DNA of 64,000 nucleotides from Candidatus Binatia bacterium (GTDB lineage: Bacteria; Desulfobacterota; Binatia; UBA9968; CAXXLF01). The stretch is taken from NCBI GenBank assembly GCA_963664015.2, contig CAXXLF010000002.1:608001-672000 (forward strand), written 5' to 3'. This document shows, piece after piece, positions 32,825 to 43,895 of the stretch (the stretch's first letter is position 1; each line of letters starts with the position of its first letter). The notes beneath the pieces are model-generated. The model saw only the letters and a program-made list of their open reading frames with translations. It was not told the origin of the DNA and did no database searches. A program made the translations under genes and the position numbers.

Positions 32825-33489
32825 ATTTCGATTCTCATCCATTAAAAATGAAGAAGTTTCGCTTTGCGTAATTAATCCTTATAGCAGAAACAAGGTTAGA
32901 ACTAAAAGCATAGGTTGTCAGTATTCCGAAGCGCTTGATCAGAAATCCCATTGGGGAGTGGGTCAGGGTGACCCCTTACTTCCCCGCGGTCTATAACACT
33001 GGCTGATACTTCCGAACTGACCCCTTCTTGAATTCGATCGGCGGAATTGCAACACGCTCGCCGACCTTCCTCACTTCTTCGAGAACAAGCGTGAAATTCC
33101 TATCAGGAGCGGCAGAGGTGTTAAACCAGAGCATTAAACAGGTCCGCGAACGGAACTGGACCGAACCTTGAGATATCCTCACCTGGAGGCGTTGCGACAC
33201 CCAACCGCACGAGGACCCGACGGCTCGCGGATTCACACGTAATAGATCGGGTCCCCCATAACTCGATAGGCGCACCACCTCGCCACCGCCGAACCTGAGG
33301 ACCACACGACTCAGATCAAAGGAAAAGGATTCGTCCCTGCACCCCACGGGGAACAGCAACTGGCACGCTGACTTCGTACGCGAAGAACCCGCATCCCTGG
33401 AGCTGGATGGCGAAGCATATAGTCAAAATGAGAAAGGCGCGCATGCTGTGAACCTACCATCCGCTGTGTCTTGGCAGCTCGACTGCCTT

Positions 33490-33575
33490 TTCCCCATCCA
33501 CCAAGATCGTCTTATTTTAGCGCTGAAACAAATGCCCGCCCCGTCCACGCCGCTTGTTGATCAAACCCGTGTAAC
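33490..33575 (-). mobile_element. REP-associated tyrosine transposase (RAYT) fragment
   Basis: Manual translation YTGLINKRRGRGGHLFQR*NKTILVDG resembles the RAYT N-x3-R-x-GHLFQ...ILVD segment. Confidence 0.55.
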
Positions 33576-33584
33576 GAAAGCAAT

Positions 33585-33775
33585 GCGCCCGGTCATGAAA
33601 GTGGCGCGGTTAGGCATGCGAATGGGAGTGGCGGTGTAAAACCGATCGAATCGTGTACCTCGCGCAGCTAGCGCGTGATGTTCGGGGTTCACACCACCGG
33701 GTTGCCATAACAAACCAGATGATCGGCACGATGTTGATCGGTAATGATGAAAATAAAATTGGGGCCATTGTCCAT
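33585..33775 (-). pseudogene. Sulfatase N-terminal fragment
   Basis: MDNGPNFIFIITDQHRADHLVCYGNPVV*TPNI...LAARGTRFDRFYTATPIRMPNRATFMTGR; contains a stop and a frameshift, and the CxPxR Cys is now Arg. Confidence 0.75.
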
Positions 33776-33976
33776 GGCGCTGGATTCCTTCCGTGAGATC
33801 CCTTTATCACAACTGACTTCCGTTGCAACGCGCTTCGGCTTAAGGTATTGGCAGGTGAATGAATGATAATGATAGAAATTCGCGTGGTTTGGGGTCAGAC
33901 TTCTATATCTCGACTTTCTTGCAGGCCTTAAAGGCCCGCGCCTCGGTTATTCCGACTACAAGACTAAAAGGTCTTA

Positions 33977-34330
33977 CTAAGCAGCGCATTTGAAGGCGTT
34001 TTTGTTGATTTCCAGTTTATTGCCGAGCCAGAGGGAGCGGACCGTGTGGTCCCCGTAGCCGTCGCCGGAGTTGGTGCTGGGGTGGACGAGAACGTCCAGG
34101 TTCTCGCGGTTAAGCATCAGCCAGCGGACGATTTCGGAGAACTCACCCGGCATAAACTCTACCTGGTACATCCCTTTGGTGTGCGGGCCTACGGGATCGT
34201 CGTGCCAGCTGCCCAAAACCGCATCGAACTTTCCCAGGCCCTTGCGTACCCGTGCCGCCACCTCACGGGTGGCGGAATCGTAGTAGACATGGGCGTGGAA
34301 CTTGCTGATCTTGGCGGGATCGTTTTCCAT
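33977..34330 (-). CDS. DOPA 4,5-dioxygenase family protein
   Basis: FHAHVYY, PVGPH, WLMLNR, VLVHP, DH..RSLWLG. Confidence 0.88.
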   Translation of the reverse strand: MENDPAKISKFHAHVYYDSATREVAARVRKGLGKFDAVLGSWHDDPVGPHTKGMYQVEFMPGEFSEIVRWLMLNRENLDVLVHPSTNSGDGYGDHTVRSLWLGNKLEINKNAFKCAA

Positions 34331-34358
34331 CGGTCTTATCCTCTTTGGGGTCTTGCCC

Positions 34359-34817
34359 TTACCCCTCCGGTGACATACCCTTCTCATTCAGCTCTTTAAT
34401 CGCATCGGCTGTTTTCTTGAGGTAGGCAACCCCCATACCTTTGAGGACATTAGGCGCCTTGGTGAACTGGATACCCTCATAGGGAACCACTTCGATTCGA
34501 TTACCCCACGGGTCACGGAAGTTGAGCCTCTGGTCGAGAGGTTCGACCCCAAGCTCTTTAAGAGCGTCGCGTATAGGCTCCCGATCGTCTACGACAAAAC
34601 CAAAATGGCGCTTCGTATCGGGTCCTCCCGTCTTACCGAGGGTCAGCTGAATAAACTGATCGCCAAGGTCGATGAAGGCGTTGTGGTCGCCCTTACCCCG
34701 GAGCTTAAATTCAAAGATAGCGCCGTAAAATTCCAACGCCTTATCCAGGTCCCCTACTTCCAGAACCACGTGGTTGATTCCTAAGGCACGGGCCTTTCTT
34801 TTACCGGAGTTGCTCAT
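34359..34817 (-). CDS. VOC/glyoxalase family protein
   Basis: INHVVLEV.DL..ALEFY, HFGFVV, RDPWGNRIE. Confidence 0.88.
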   Translation of the reverse strand: MSNSGKRKARALGINHVVLEVGDLDKALEFYGAIFEFKLRGKGDHNAFIDLGDQFIQLTLGKTGGPDTKRHFGFVVDDREPIRDALKELGVEPLDQRLNFRDPWGNRIEVVPYEGIQFTKAPNVLKGMGVAYLKKTADAIKELNEKGMSPEG

Positions 34818-35149
34818 AAAGTGCCTCCTTTTACCTGGGCGATGGCTCACAGGCGACGCTCCCCAGTCCTGCGAGCCCTTTTATATCTTCTACAACATGT
34901 TGGCAAGACGGCGCCGGCACCATCGAACCCGTTTATTCTACCAGCTTCAGGATAACCTTTTTAAGCCGTCGATGCTGGTTGAACCGGGCAATGAAATCAG
35001 ATTTTCACGGGCCACCCTTGGCGCGGGCGACCTGTACGGGGGCCCGTTTATCCGCGGTGCTCCAGCGAGAGACCCCCGGTAACGTCAGGATCAGCGGGCT
35101 CCACCGTTCCCATGCCTGCCGCTCCGCCGGCGACCAGCCTTGCTGAGAT

Positions 35150-36536
35150 CTAACTCCCAATAGCCGAGCGGCCTCGCGCGACAGGATGCGGAGCCCCTTC
35201 TAGCGCTCGCCTCCGAAACGGTCTGCCAGCAGGCGTGAGATCTTGAGCCCAATGTTGCAAGGGGAAGTTTAGCGAGAGCGTGGAGCGGTGTCGAGGGTTT
35301 TTACCCATTTGCTGCAGCTCGGAGCGCAGGAGCGAACGTACTTGGGAATCCTCAGGTCGAAATCCAAGCTTGTAATAAAACCACCAGGCTCCCGAATGAA
35401 GCCCCTCGCTGTTGTCGTGACCGAGCTGGTAGGGATCAAGGGAAAAGGTCCGGGCGGCGAACAGATGATGGGCCACTGCCAGGGCATATCCGAATATAGA
35501 CGCGGCTTCGGCCCCCCCGGTAGGTCTCGAACACATTGAAATTGATCTCGGCGTAGTTAAAAAGCGATGTCGCACCAATGTAACCGATGGGCACACCGTT
35601 CTTGAGCACCAGGAAGCCGTATACGGCCTCCAACAGTTACCGGCGTCCGGAAATTTGTCCGATGCACGCAAACTGGAGGCCTTGACCGCAATCGACCAGC
35701 CTCACGCCGTTCTTGTCGCCAAAGGCCAAAGCGTCGATATGGCAGGCGTGGCTGATCATGGCCACGACTGCCATATCGATTAGCCGCCGGCCTTCACGAG
35801 GCGATAGCTTTCGTACCCCGACCGGAGGTTCTTAGGTTTCACGTCTCAGATCGGGGCGCACTCGGGATAGGGGCCGTTGCTGAGAAACTACAGGAACGCC
35901 GGCGAATTTCGCCACGGTACGATTCGGAGTGCGGGGACCGGACGCAAGCCGCATGGGAACATAGATTTCATCGTAGAGCTTTTCCTGAGCAAGGGATCCT
36001 GCCTTATAGGCGGCAAACCGAAGGACCAGAAAGGCAGCGTCTGTCTCGCCGGGCCCTTTGAGACGCTCGAGCCACTGCTCGGGTGAATAGTTCAACATTT
36101 CCAGGGAATAGATTTCAGAATAAGGCAGCAGGACAGGCAGCAGATCGACCAGCTTATTCTTGTTATCGAATACAACCCAGTCGATGGTAAGGTAATCAGG
36201 GAAGCGCCGGACCAACCAGCGGGCAGTGACCCAGAAAAACGAATAATAGATATCGGTGCCGGCGATGCCGGTGTCGGCAAGCGCGCGGCTAAATCTTTTC
36301 AGGTCACTGCGTTCGGATAACCCGGCGAGCATCCGCTCGACCAAGTCTAGAATCGACTTGTTGTCGGGATAAGCGTGGAGGAAGGAGAGCGTTTCGTGAA
36401 GCCGGTAGACCTCCCCTGCCTTCCCCAACCGCCGCTGACCTAGCTGCTTGAGCAGCTTTAGCTTACGCTCGGCGGCACCCTCGCCGTAAATGCTCTTTAG
36501 CGTCTCGAGCTGTTTCAGCAGAGATGAAGCATTCAC
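35150..36536 (-). pseudogene. Large hypothetical protein with multiple lesions
   Basis: ORF 35832-36536 continues past TAA in frame (EPPVGVRKLS...), hits a second TAA, then KNGVPIGY...NVFETYRG, then shifts frame in a G-run to YQLG..N.EG..SGAWWFYYKLGFRP. Confidence 0.7.
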
Positions 36537-36589
36537 GTGTTTACCCCCATCGGCGGTTCGGTCCCTCGCGTCAGGCCTTTTCGGCTTAT

Positions 36590-37567
36590 TTATCGTCCCT
36601 GCAACTCCCTGGCCATATCCTTGGCAAAATAGGTGAGAATGATATCGGCGCCGGCACGCTTGATGCAGAGAAGCACCTCCGCAGCAACCCTGGCCTCGTC
36701 GATCCAGCCATTCTTTCCTGCGGCCTTGATCATGGAGTACTCACCGCTCACGTTGTAGGCAGCTACCGGATAGCCGAACTTTTGCTTCACCCGATATATG
36801 ACATCGAGGTAAGCCATGGCTGGCTTCACCATAATGATATCGGCGCCTTCGCGGATATCCAATTCCACTTCTCTCAAAGCCTCGTCCGAGTTCGCCGGGT
36901 CCATCTGATACGAACGACGATCACCAAACTGGGGCGTGGACTCCGCAGCTTCACGAAAGGGACCGTAGAAACCAGAAGAGTACTTAGCCGCATAGGCCAT
37001 AATAGCCACGTGACTAAAACCGTTCTGGTCTAGGGTAGTGCGTATGGCCCCTACCCTACCATCCATCATGTCCGACGGGGCGACCATATCTGCCCCGGCC
37101 TTGGCGTGAGAGAGTGCCTCCTGAGCCAGAAGCTTGAGCGTGCTATCGTTGTCGACATCTCCCTCTTTGATCACCCCACAGTGCCCGTGGTCCGTATACT
37201 CACAAAGACAAACATCGGTGATCACAAGGAGCTCAGGGACTTTTGCCTTGATCTCTCGTATAGCCTTTTGCACCACTCCGCTGTCGGCGTAGGCCTCTTT
37301 TCCCAACGGGTCCTTTCGCTCCGGGATACCGAAAAGGATCACGCCCGGGATACCAAGCGATTGAACCTCCTGGCACTCTTTGACAATACGGTCCACCGAC
37401 TGCTGGGCAACCCCTGGCATGCTCTTAACCGGCTGGGTCTTGTTCTTACCTGAACAAACGAACAGTGGATAAATAAAATCTTTTGGATTCAGGACTGTTT
37501 CCTGAACCATCTCACGTAATCTCTCATTTCTTCGCAGCCTTCTTGGGCGGTATCTGGGAAATTCCAT
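36590..37567 (-). CDS. hemB: Porphobilinogen synthase (Zn type)
   Basis: [37 protein letters not shown]. Confidence 0.97.
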   Translation of the reverse strand: MEFPRYRPRRLRRNERLREMVQETVLNPKDFIYPLFVCSGKNKTQPVKSMPGVAQQSVDRIVKECQEVQSLGIPGVILFGIPERKDPLGKEAYADSGVVQKAIREIKAKVPELLVITDVCLCEYTDHGHCGVIKEGDVDNDSTLKLLAQEALSHAKAGADMVAPSDMMDGRVGAIRTTLDQNGFSHVAIMAYAAKYSSGFYGPFREAAESTPQFGDRRSYQMDPANSDEALREVELDIREGADIIMVKPAMAYLDVIYRVKQKFGYPVAAYNVSGEYSMIKAAGKNGWIDEARVAAEVLLCIKRAGADIILTYFAKDMARELQGR

Positions 37568-37583
37568 CAAACCCTCCAAGCCC

Positions 37584-39293
37584 TCACTGGGTTCCGACCG
37601 GCTTACTGCTGAAGTACTCGGCAATCGCCTGGATCAGCCCCGTCACCGTATACTCCTTGGCCACCACATCGACCCTCATTCCGTTCTCCTCTGCCGTTTT
37701 CCGAGTGATGGGACCGATACAGGCCACAGCAACGCCATTTAGAAGTTTTTTTCTATCTTTTTTGGGCAACGAGTCGAGAAAATGCTTCACCGAGCTGGAG
37801 CTGGTGAAAGTTACCATGTCGATCATCTTTTCATCCAGCGTTTCTCTGAGCCATGTGGCATTGCCCTTGACGGGAACCGTCCGGTAGGCCTGAACTACAT
37901 CGACCTCCGCCCCCCATTCGCGTAACGTTCTGGGCAAAACGTCACGTGCCACAGCCGCCCGGGGTAGAAGTAACTTCTTTCCCCGAACCTCTTCAGGTTT
38001 GACTCCATGCAATAGCCCCTCGGCTCGATACTCGGCAGGGATGAGTTCGACCTTTAACCCTTCGGAGGAAATCCTCTTGGCCGTCTCGGGACCTATGGCC
38101 GCTAATCGAATACCATCTAGATGCTCGACACTCCGGCCAAGATGCCTCAGACGATTCATAAATTCTCTTACGCTGTTGACACTGGTAAACACGATCCAGT
38201 CGTACTCCTTGATGCCCTCGATGGTCTTGTCCATCGGCACATAGCTTTCCGGCGGAACGATCTGGATAGTGGGGAACTCGATGACTTGAGAGCCAAGGGC
38301 CTCGACTCCGCGGACTAAGGGGCCCGCCTGGTCCCGCGGCCGGGTAATCATAATGCGTCGCCCGGACAGGGGCAGGAACCGGCCATTGAGCAGTTTGTCC
38401 GCTCCCGCCTGAAGCAACCGCCGCGCCAGACTTTCTCCCAACTCCTCCGCCTCCTCAGCCGCACCGGAAAGCTCATCTCTCAGTACCTGCTTTCCCTCGG
38501 TGTCGGCAACGATCCCGATGAGTCTCACATTGCCCTTCTCCGCATAGGCCAGTGCCCCAACGGGCACCTGACATCCTCCCCCGAGAGCCCTGAGAAAGGC
38601 CCGTTCGGCCAGGACCTCGGTAGCCGAAGGTTGGTGATGAAGAAACGCTATTTCCCCTACGATCGGACTTCCCACACATGTCTGCAAACCCAGAGCCCCT
38701 TGAGCCGCCGCGCTCACACAGATTTCGGGGGGGAGGAACTCATTGATCCGTTTCTCCTGCCCGATCCGTCTGAGCCCCGCTGCGGCCATGATCAGAGCGT
38801 CGAACTCGCCGTCGTCCAACTTCTTGAGCCTGGTATCCACGTTGCCGCGGACAGGAACGACTTCGAGGTCGGGACGGTGGTGGAGGATCTGACTCTGCCG
38901 CCGCAGGCTCCCGGTTCCGATACGCGAACCGGAAGGCAGATCCTTCAGGGCCACTCCGTCGCGGCTAACCAGCACGTCACGGGGGTCCTCACGCTGGGGC
39001 ACGGCAGCAATGGTGAGCCCGTCGGGTATCTCTGTGGGTAAGTCCTTCATGGAATGTACTGCGAGCTCAATATTCCCTTGGAGCAGGGCGTCCTCGATCT
39101 CTTTGACGAAGATCCCCTTTCCTCCGATAACTTGCAGGGGGCTGGAGAGAAACCGGTCGCCGCTGGTCTTGACCACAACCGTCTCGACTCGACACCCGGG
39201 TAAGTGTTTTACCAATTCGCCCTTGACCCAGTGGGCCTGAGCCAAAGCCAGGGCGCTTCCCCGCGTACCGATTCGAATGTTCCTCGTAGCCAT
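37584..39293 (-). CDS. hemC: Fused hydroxymethylbilane synthase / uroporphyrinogen-III synthase
   Basis: [36 protein letters not shown]; then HemD domain ITRP, FTSVN, IGPET, FTSSS. Confidence 0.95.
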   Translation of the reverse strand: MATRNIRIGTRGSALALAQAHWVKGELVKHLPGCRVETVVVKTSGDRFLSSPLQVIGGKGIFVKEIEDALLQGNIELAVHSMKDLPTEIPDGLTIAAVPQREDPRDVLVSRDGVALKDLPSGSRIGTGSLRRQSQILHHRPDLEVVPVRGNVDTRLKKLDDGEFDALIMAAAGLRRIGQEKRINEFLPPEICVSAAAQGALGLQTCVGSPIVGEIAFLHHQPSATEVLAERAFLRALGGGCQVPVGALAYAEKGNVRLIGIVADTEGKQVLRDELSGAAEEAEELGESLARRLLQAGADKLLNGRFLPLSGRRIMITRPRDQAGPLVRGVEALGSQVIEFPTIQIVPPESYVPMDKTIEGIKEYDWIVFTSVNSVREFMNRLRHLGRSVEHLDGIRLAAIGPETAKRISSEGLKVELIPAEYRAEGLLHGVKPEEVRGKKLLLPRAAVARDVLPRTLREWGAEVDVVQAYRTVPVKGNATWLRETLDEKMIDMVTFTSSSSVKHFLDSLPKKDRKKLLNGVAVACIGPITRKTAEENGMRVDVVAKEYTVTGLIQAIAEYFSSKPVGTQ

Positions 39294-39299
39294 TACCGC

Positions 39300-40592
39300 C
39301 TAATTCTCCTCATCTTCGTCCTTGTCATCGACGTCGAAGAGCTTCCTGAGCGTGTCCAGATAGATGGCCTCTTCCTCGGGCCGGGTCCGGATCCGAACTA
39401 GAGGGGAATGTAGGATCTTATTCATCATGGCCGAAGTCATATCCTCCAGGGCCTGGCGCTCACGGTCCGAGAGGTCCTTGAGGGTCGTGTTGAGAGACTT
39501 GATCAGCTCCTGCTGCCGGATATCCTCGAACCTCTGCTTCAAAGCCACGATGGTCGGCACGTGATCGAGAGAATCGAGCCAAAGAAAAAAACTCGTCACC
39601 TCTTCAGCTATGATCTCATCGGCCTTGACCGTCTCCGTATTCCGACCCTTTAGGTTCATTTTTGAAACCTCATCCAGGTCATCGATATGGTAGAGGTAAG
39701 CATTGTCGATCTCGTTGATAGCCGGATCAAAGTTCCGCGGCACACCGAGGTCAATAAAAAACATGGCTTTTTGCTTTCTCTCCTTCAACACTTCCGCTAC
39801 CATGTCCGCACCCAGGAGAAATTGAGGCGAATCCGTGGAGCCGATGACAACCTCGGCGAGCTTCAGGTAGCGTTGGTAATCCTCAAACCGAATGGGGCTT
39901 GCGTGAAACTCTCCGGCCAGCTGCACCGCACGTTCGAAGGTCCGGTTGGTGATCATGACGCTTCGGATACCGTTCTGGATCAGATGGCGAACCACGAGCT
40001 CTCCGATCCTGCCAGCCCCGATCACCATCACAGTTTTCCCGTCGAGCTTGTCGAAAATACGCTTGGCCAAATCCACGGCCACCGAACTCACCGAGACCGG
40101 ACGGATAGCAATACCCGTCTCACTGCGCACCCTCTTGGCCACCGAGAAGGAGCGATGAAAGAGGCGATGGAGAATATTTCCCACCGTCCCCACCTCCTGG
40201 GCCGCAACATAATAGGCTTTCAATTGGCCGAGAATTTGGGGCTCCCCAACAACCATGGAGTCGAGGCTAGCCGCCACACGGAATAGATGGCGCACGGCAT
40301 CCTCGTTCGAGTAGGTGTAGAGTTGGCTTTCCATCCGCTCCGGATCCTCAACGGACTCCTGTGCGGCGAGAAATCCCTTGATATCCTGTAGCACCGATTT
40401 TTCCGTTGGTGAGACGGTTAGAACCTCGACCCGATTACAAGTGGAGAGAAGGACCCCCTCCTCCACGGAGGGAAGAGAGATCAGCCGCTTGAGAGATTCT
40501 CTGAGCGCCGAATGATCGAAGGCCACCTGTTCCCGTAATTCGACAGGCGCGGTGTGATGACTGAGACCGACTATGGTGACTGTTTTTTTCAT
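39300..40592 (-). CDS. hemA: Glutamyl-tRNA reductase
   Basis: STCNRVE, SLDSMVVGEPQILGQ, GAGRIG, DLGVPRN. Confidence 0.97.
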   Translation of the reverse strand: MKKTVTIVGLSHHTAPVELREQVAFDHSALRESLKRLISLPSVEEGVLLSTCNRVEVLTVSPTEKSVLQDIKGFLAAQESVEDPERMESQLYTYSNEDAVRHLFRVAASLDSMVVGEPQILGQLKAYYVAAQEVGTVGNILHRLFHRSFSVAKRVRSETGIAIRPVSVSSVAVDLAKRIFDKLDGKTVMVIGAGRIGELVVRHLIQNGIRSVMITNRTFERAVQLAGEFHASPIRFEDYQRYLKLAEVVIGSTDSPQFLLGADMVAEVLKERKQKAMFFIDLGVPRNFDPAINEIDNAYLYHIDDLDEVSKMNLKGRNTETVKADEIIAEEVTSFFLWLDSLDHVPTIVALKQRFEDIRQQELIKSLNTTLKDLSDRERQALEDMTSAMMNKILHSPLVRIRTRPEEEAIYLDTLRKLFDVDDKDEDEEN

Positions 40593-40594
40593 CT

Positions 40595-41422
40595 CTACTC
40601 AAACCGACCGGCATGACGACCCGTAAAGACAAAGTCTCCCAAAAGGAAATAACTCAGCACCACTGCAAACCCCACGATGGTCCACAGGGCCGCCTTTTTT
40701 CCCCGCCAGCCACCAGTGATCCTGCCGTGCAGCAACGCCCCGTAGAGGAACCAGGTGATGGCCGAAGAAATCTGGCGCGGCTCCCACGACCAGTAGTCCC
40801 CCCAATAAACCCCGGCCCACAAACTGCCCGTAATGATCCCAAAGGTCATGAGTGGGAATCCCCAGATGAGGAAAATATAGTTAAGACGGTCCAACGTTTC
40901 CAGGGATGAAAATCGCTTGTGCAAAATCGTCCGTTTTTTGTTTTTCAGCTCGTATTCTTGAAACAGATAGACGACGCTCACACCGAAGGCCAAAGCAAAC
41001 ACGGCGTTACCAAGAAAGGCCAGGGTGACGTGTAGGGGAAGCCAATAGGTTTTCAGGGCCGGCGGGATCTCCGCGTCACCGGCACCCAACGTAAGGGCCG
41101 AAAGGCACATCAGAAAGGCCAACGGGGCGATAAAACAACCCAGAACCGTCAAACGGTACTTGAACTGAACCAGGATGTAGGTCCCCACCATGACCCAGGC
41201 TTTGAAGGAAAGCGCTTCCCGGAATTGGGTCAGGGCGGGAAAGCCAGCATGAAAGAAAATGACGGCGAGGGCCGTACTGTGAATGATCAAACCGATTAGA
41301 AGAATAAACGGGGAAATGCGCGAATAGGAGTCCTTGCCAACAAATAGGTAAAGAAAGAAGCTCCCCGTCGCTACGAGGTAAATTAGAACCGTAAGCTGGA
41401 GCAGGTGGATCGCCATAGGCAC
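40595..41422 (-). CDS. ccsA: Cytochrome c biogenesis CcsA/HemX-like membrane protein
   Basis: LHVTLA, GSLWA..YWG.YWSWEPR (WWD domain), GWRG. Confidence 0.9.
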   Translation of the reverse strand: MPMAIHLLQLTVLIYLVATGSFFLYLFVGKDSYSRISPFILLIGLIIHSTALAVIFFHAGFPALTQFREALSFKAWVMVGTYILVQFKYRLTVLGCFIAPLAFLMCLSALTLGAGDAEIPPALKTYWLPLHVTLAFLGNAVFALAFGVSVVYLFQEYELKNKKRTILHKRFSSLETLDRLNYIFLIWGFPLMTFGIITGSLWAGVYWGDYWSWEPRQISSAITWFLYGALLHGRITGGWRGKKAALWTIVGFAVVLSYFLLGDFVFTGRHAGRFE

Positions 41423-41480
41423 TTAACCATTATACCCTACCCTCGGTCTGGCTCAAATTCCATATTACCAATAACCCCAC

Positions 41481-42335
41481 TTATCGGGTCCGTTTGGCCT
41501 GTAAAACCACTCGGCCCCGAGCCCCCAGGGTCGCCAGCATGTGCCCCATCTTGGGGTGTTCGGGTTCCAGGTCGGTGCGCAAGCCGTATTGCTCAATGGC
41601 CTCTGTACAGATCGGCCCAATAGAAGCAATCAGGACATTGCCCATGGCCTGGCGCAAAAGATAATCCGTATTGTCCTGTTTAGCCAGGTCAAACAGGTGA
41701 AACACCTGTGTGGCATTGGTAAAAATCACGATATCGGCCTGGCGATCCAGTATCCGCTTCAATGCAAACCGAAGCGGCCCCGTGTCCTCAGGAAATGCCC
41801 AACGGTAGATGGGGACACGTAACACCTCAGCACCGCGCGCCTCCAGCCCGGCGATCAAGTCTCTGTTGGTCGCGCCGTACTCCTGCACCGCGACCCGTTT
41901 CCCCCGGACCTCTGCCTTGCTGTCCAATTCGGCCAGGACCTCGCGCCAGGTATTGGGCTCGGGCACGGTGATAGCGGGAAGCAGCCTCATTTCTTTGAGC
42001 ACTGCGGCAGGCTTCGGCCCCCGGGCCACAATGGCAGTCTTTTCCATGGCTGCTACGACCTTATTTTCCGAGAACTCGCCCGCAACCGCTTCGATGAGGG
42101 CCCGAGTTCCTACCCCGGTCATCAGGATTAAATAGTCGATGCTTCCCTTCTCGAGTTCCGTGATCAAATCGAAGGCACCGCGGTTTTCCTCAAGGGGGAT
42201 CTCCCGCATCGCGGGACCGATGAAAGGTTCGCCGCCGTAGTTTCGGATCAACTCGGCCATCTCCTGAGCCCGACGGCTCTCAAAGGAAACGATTCGCAGC
42301 CCTTCAAGGCTGGATTTGCGATCGGTCTCCATCAA
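41481..42335 (-). CDS. hemD: Second, stand-alone uroporphyrinogen-III synthase
   Basis: SFESRR..EM, MTGVG, ARGPKP, VPEPNTW, YRW, SIGP, HPKMG. Confidence 0.85.
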   Translation of the reverse strand: MMETDRKSSLEGLRIVSFESRRAQEMAELIRNYGGEPFIGPAMREIPLEENRGAFDLITELEKGSIDYLILMTGVGTRALIEAVAGEFSENKVVAAMEKTAIVARGPKPAAVLKEMRLLPAITVPEPNTWREVLAELDSKAEVRGKRVAVQEYGATNRDLIAGLEARGAEVLRVPIYRWAFPEDTGPLRFALKRILDRQADIVIFTNATQVFHLFDLAKQDNTDYLLRQAMGNVLIASIGPICTEAIEQYGLRTDLEPEHPKMGHMLATLGARGRVVLQAKRTR

Positions 42336-43770
42336 ATGGTCTTTCTCTTTCTACGGCACTGACAAGTTCATCAAACCAGCAAAGCTCATCCCTCAAGAGG
42401 ACCACCGCTCCGATAACCGCGAGAACCGGCGTCTTTATCCCTATAGACCGCTCACAAATACTGCCCAGAGTGCCCGTGACGGTTTCCTGCTCGTGGGTCG
42501 TTCCCGAACGAATCAAGGCAATGGGCGTTTCCGGACCTCGGCCATGGCCCAGGAGTTGGGCCACAATGTGGGGCAGATTACTGAGTCCCATGACAATGAC
42601 GAGCGTATCCACGGCTGACGCCAAGCCCGACCAATTGATCGACGGTTCACTTTTAATGGCCTCGTGTCCCGTGATCACTGCAAAGGATGAAGAGACCCCT
42701 CTGTAGGTCAGTGGAATACCAGCATATGCAGGAACGGCCACGACCGAAGTGACGCCCGGCACGATCTCGAAAGGAATGCCGGCCTTTGCTAATGCCAGGG
42801 CTTCTTCACCACCGCGCCCAAAGACGAAGGGATCCCCCCCCTTGAGACGGACCACCCGGTTCCCCAAACGAGCCTGGGAAATGAGAACGCGGTTGATCTC
42901 TTCTTGAGGAAGCAGGTGGTGCCCCGCTTCTTTGCCGACAAAAATAATTGTCGCTACGCTGCGACACCGCTGGATGAAATCGGGGTTAACCAGGCGGTCG
43001 TAAACGACCACATCCGCATTACTCAACAGCTCCCGGGCCCGCACCGTCATGAGATCCGGATGGCCCGGCCCTGCACCGACGAGGTAAACCATGCCCAATG
43101 CCGGCTTAACCAAACGCTCCCCTTTCTCCTGTCCTTCCGACTGATAGCTCTGCCTCAGTTGTTTACGGAGTAGGATTTTTGCCTCACCATGCTTTCCCTC
43201 CCGGATCAGGCGGCGCATGTCGCCCTTCAAGGCCTTGCCCCAGGCCGCGGCACTAGGCACGGGTAAGTCGTTGCTTAGCTCCTGACGCACCTCAGCCGCA
43301 ATACGCGTGATGTCGGCGTACTCACGGCCGATCGTCTCCTCGAGCTCTTCCCTGACTACCTTGGAAAACGCAGGGCTTTTCCCTCCGGATCCCACGGCAA
43401 CCGTCAGATCACCCCGCTTGAGAACCGACGGGACAATGAAATCGCAATGGCGAGGATCATCCGCCACATTGACCCATACACCCAGCTTTCGTCCTTCCTC
43501 GGCGACGGATTCATTGACACGCTCGTCACCAATGGCAACAAAGGCAACCTCATACCCTGCCAGGTCACCCGACCGATAACCGCGCGCCTCGTATCGGATC
43601 TTCCCCTCGTTAAGCCACAACCGAAGCTGTTCCGTAATGTCGGGACTGATAACGGACACGCTCGCACCCGCATCAAGGAGGCTTTCCACCTTGCGCTCAG
43701 CGACGGCACCCCCTCCAAGCACCAGGCAAGGGCGTTTCGACATATCGAGAAAGACCGGATAGTATCCCAT
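42304..43770 (-). CDS. cysG: Siroheme synthase (dehydrogenase/chelatase + SUMT)
   Basis: GGGAVAERK, NVADDP..CDF, GKSP; LVGAGPG, RLKGGDPFVFGRGGEE. Confidence 0.95.
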   Translation of the reverse strand: MGYYPVFLDMSKRPCLVLGGGAVAERKVESLLDAGASVSVISPDITEQLRLWLNEGKIRYEARGYRSGDLAGYEVAFVAIGDERVNESVAEEGRKLGVWVNVADDPRHCDFIVPSVLKRGDLTVAVGSGGKSPAFSKVVREELEETIGREYADITRIAAEVRQELSNDLPVPSAAAWGKALKGDMRRLIREGKHGEAKILLRKQLRQSYQSEGQEKGERLVKPALGMVYLVGAGPGHPDLMTVRARELLSNADVVVYDRLVNPDFIQRCRSVATIIFVGKEAGHHLLPQEEINRVLISQARLGNRVVRLKGGDPFVFGRGGEEALALAKAGIPFEIVPGVTSVVAVPAYAGIPLTYRGVSSSFAVITGHEAIKSEPSINWSGLASAVDTLVIVMGLSNLPHIVAQLLGHGRGPETPIALIRSGTTHEQETVTGTLGSICERSIGIKTPVLAVIGAVVLLRDELCWFDELVSAVERERPFDGDRSQIQP

Positions 43771-43815
43771 GAGTTTTCTTACGCTAAGACTGAAAAGCTC
43801 TGTACCATCTTAATT

Positions 43816-43844
43816 TAATTATCTTTTGCGCTACCCGGTGTCAA
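43816..43844 (-). promoter_or_regulatory. Putative sigma70 promoter for cysG
   Basis: TTGACA-17 nt-TAATTA on the minus strand. Confidence 0.45.
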
Positions 43845-43895
43845 CTCGCAACGAATTGTAGGGACGCAAGGAGCGAAAAGCACAGTGCCGAATTC

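Noticed and set aside
33585-33775. TGA in the sulfatase fragment as Sec
   Set aside because: Not at the catalytic Cys position; the gene is frameshifted and truncated
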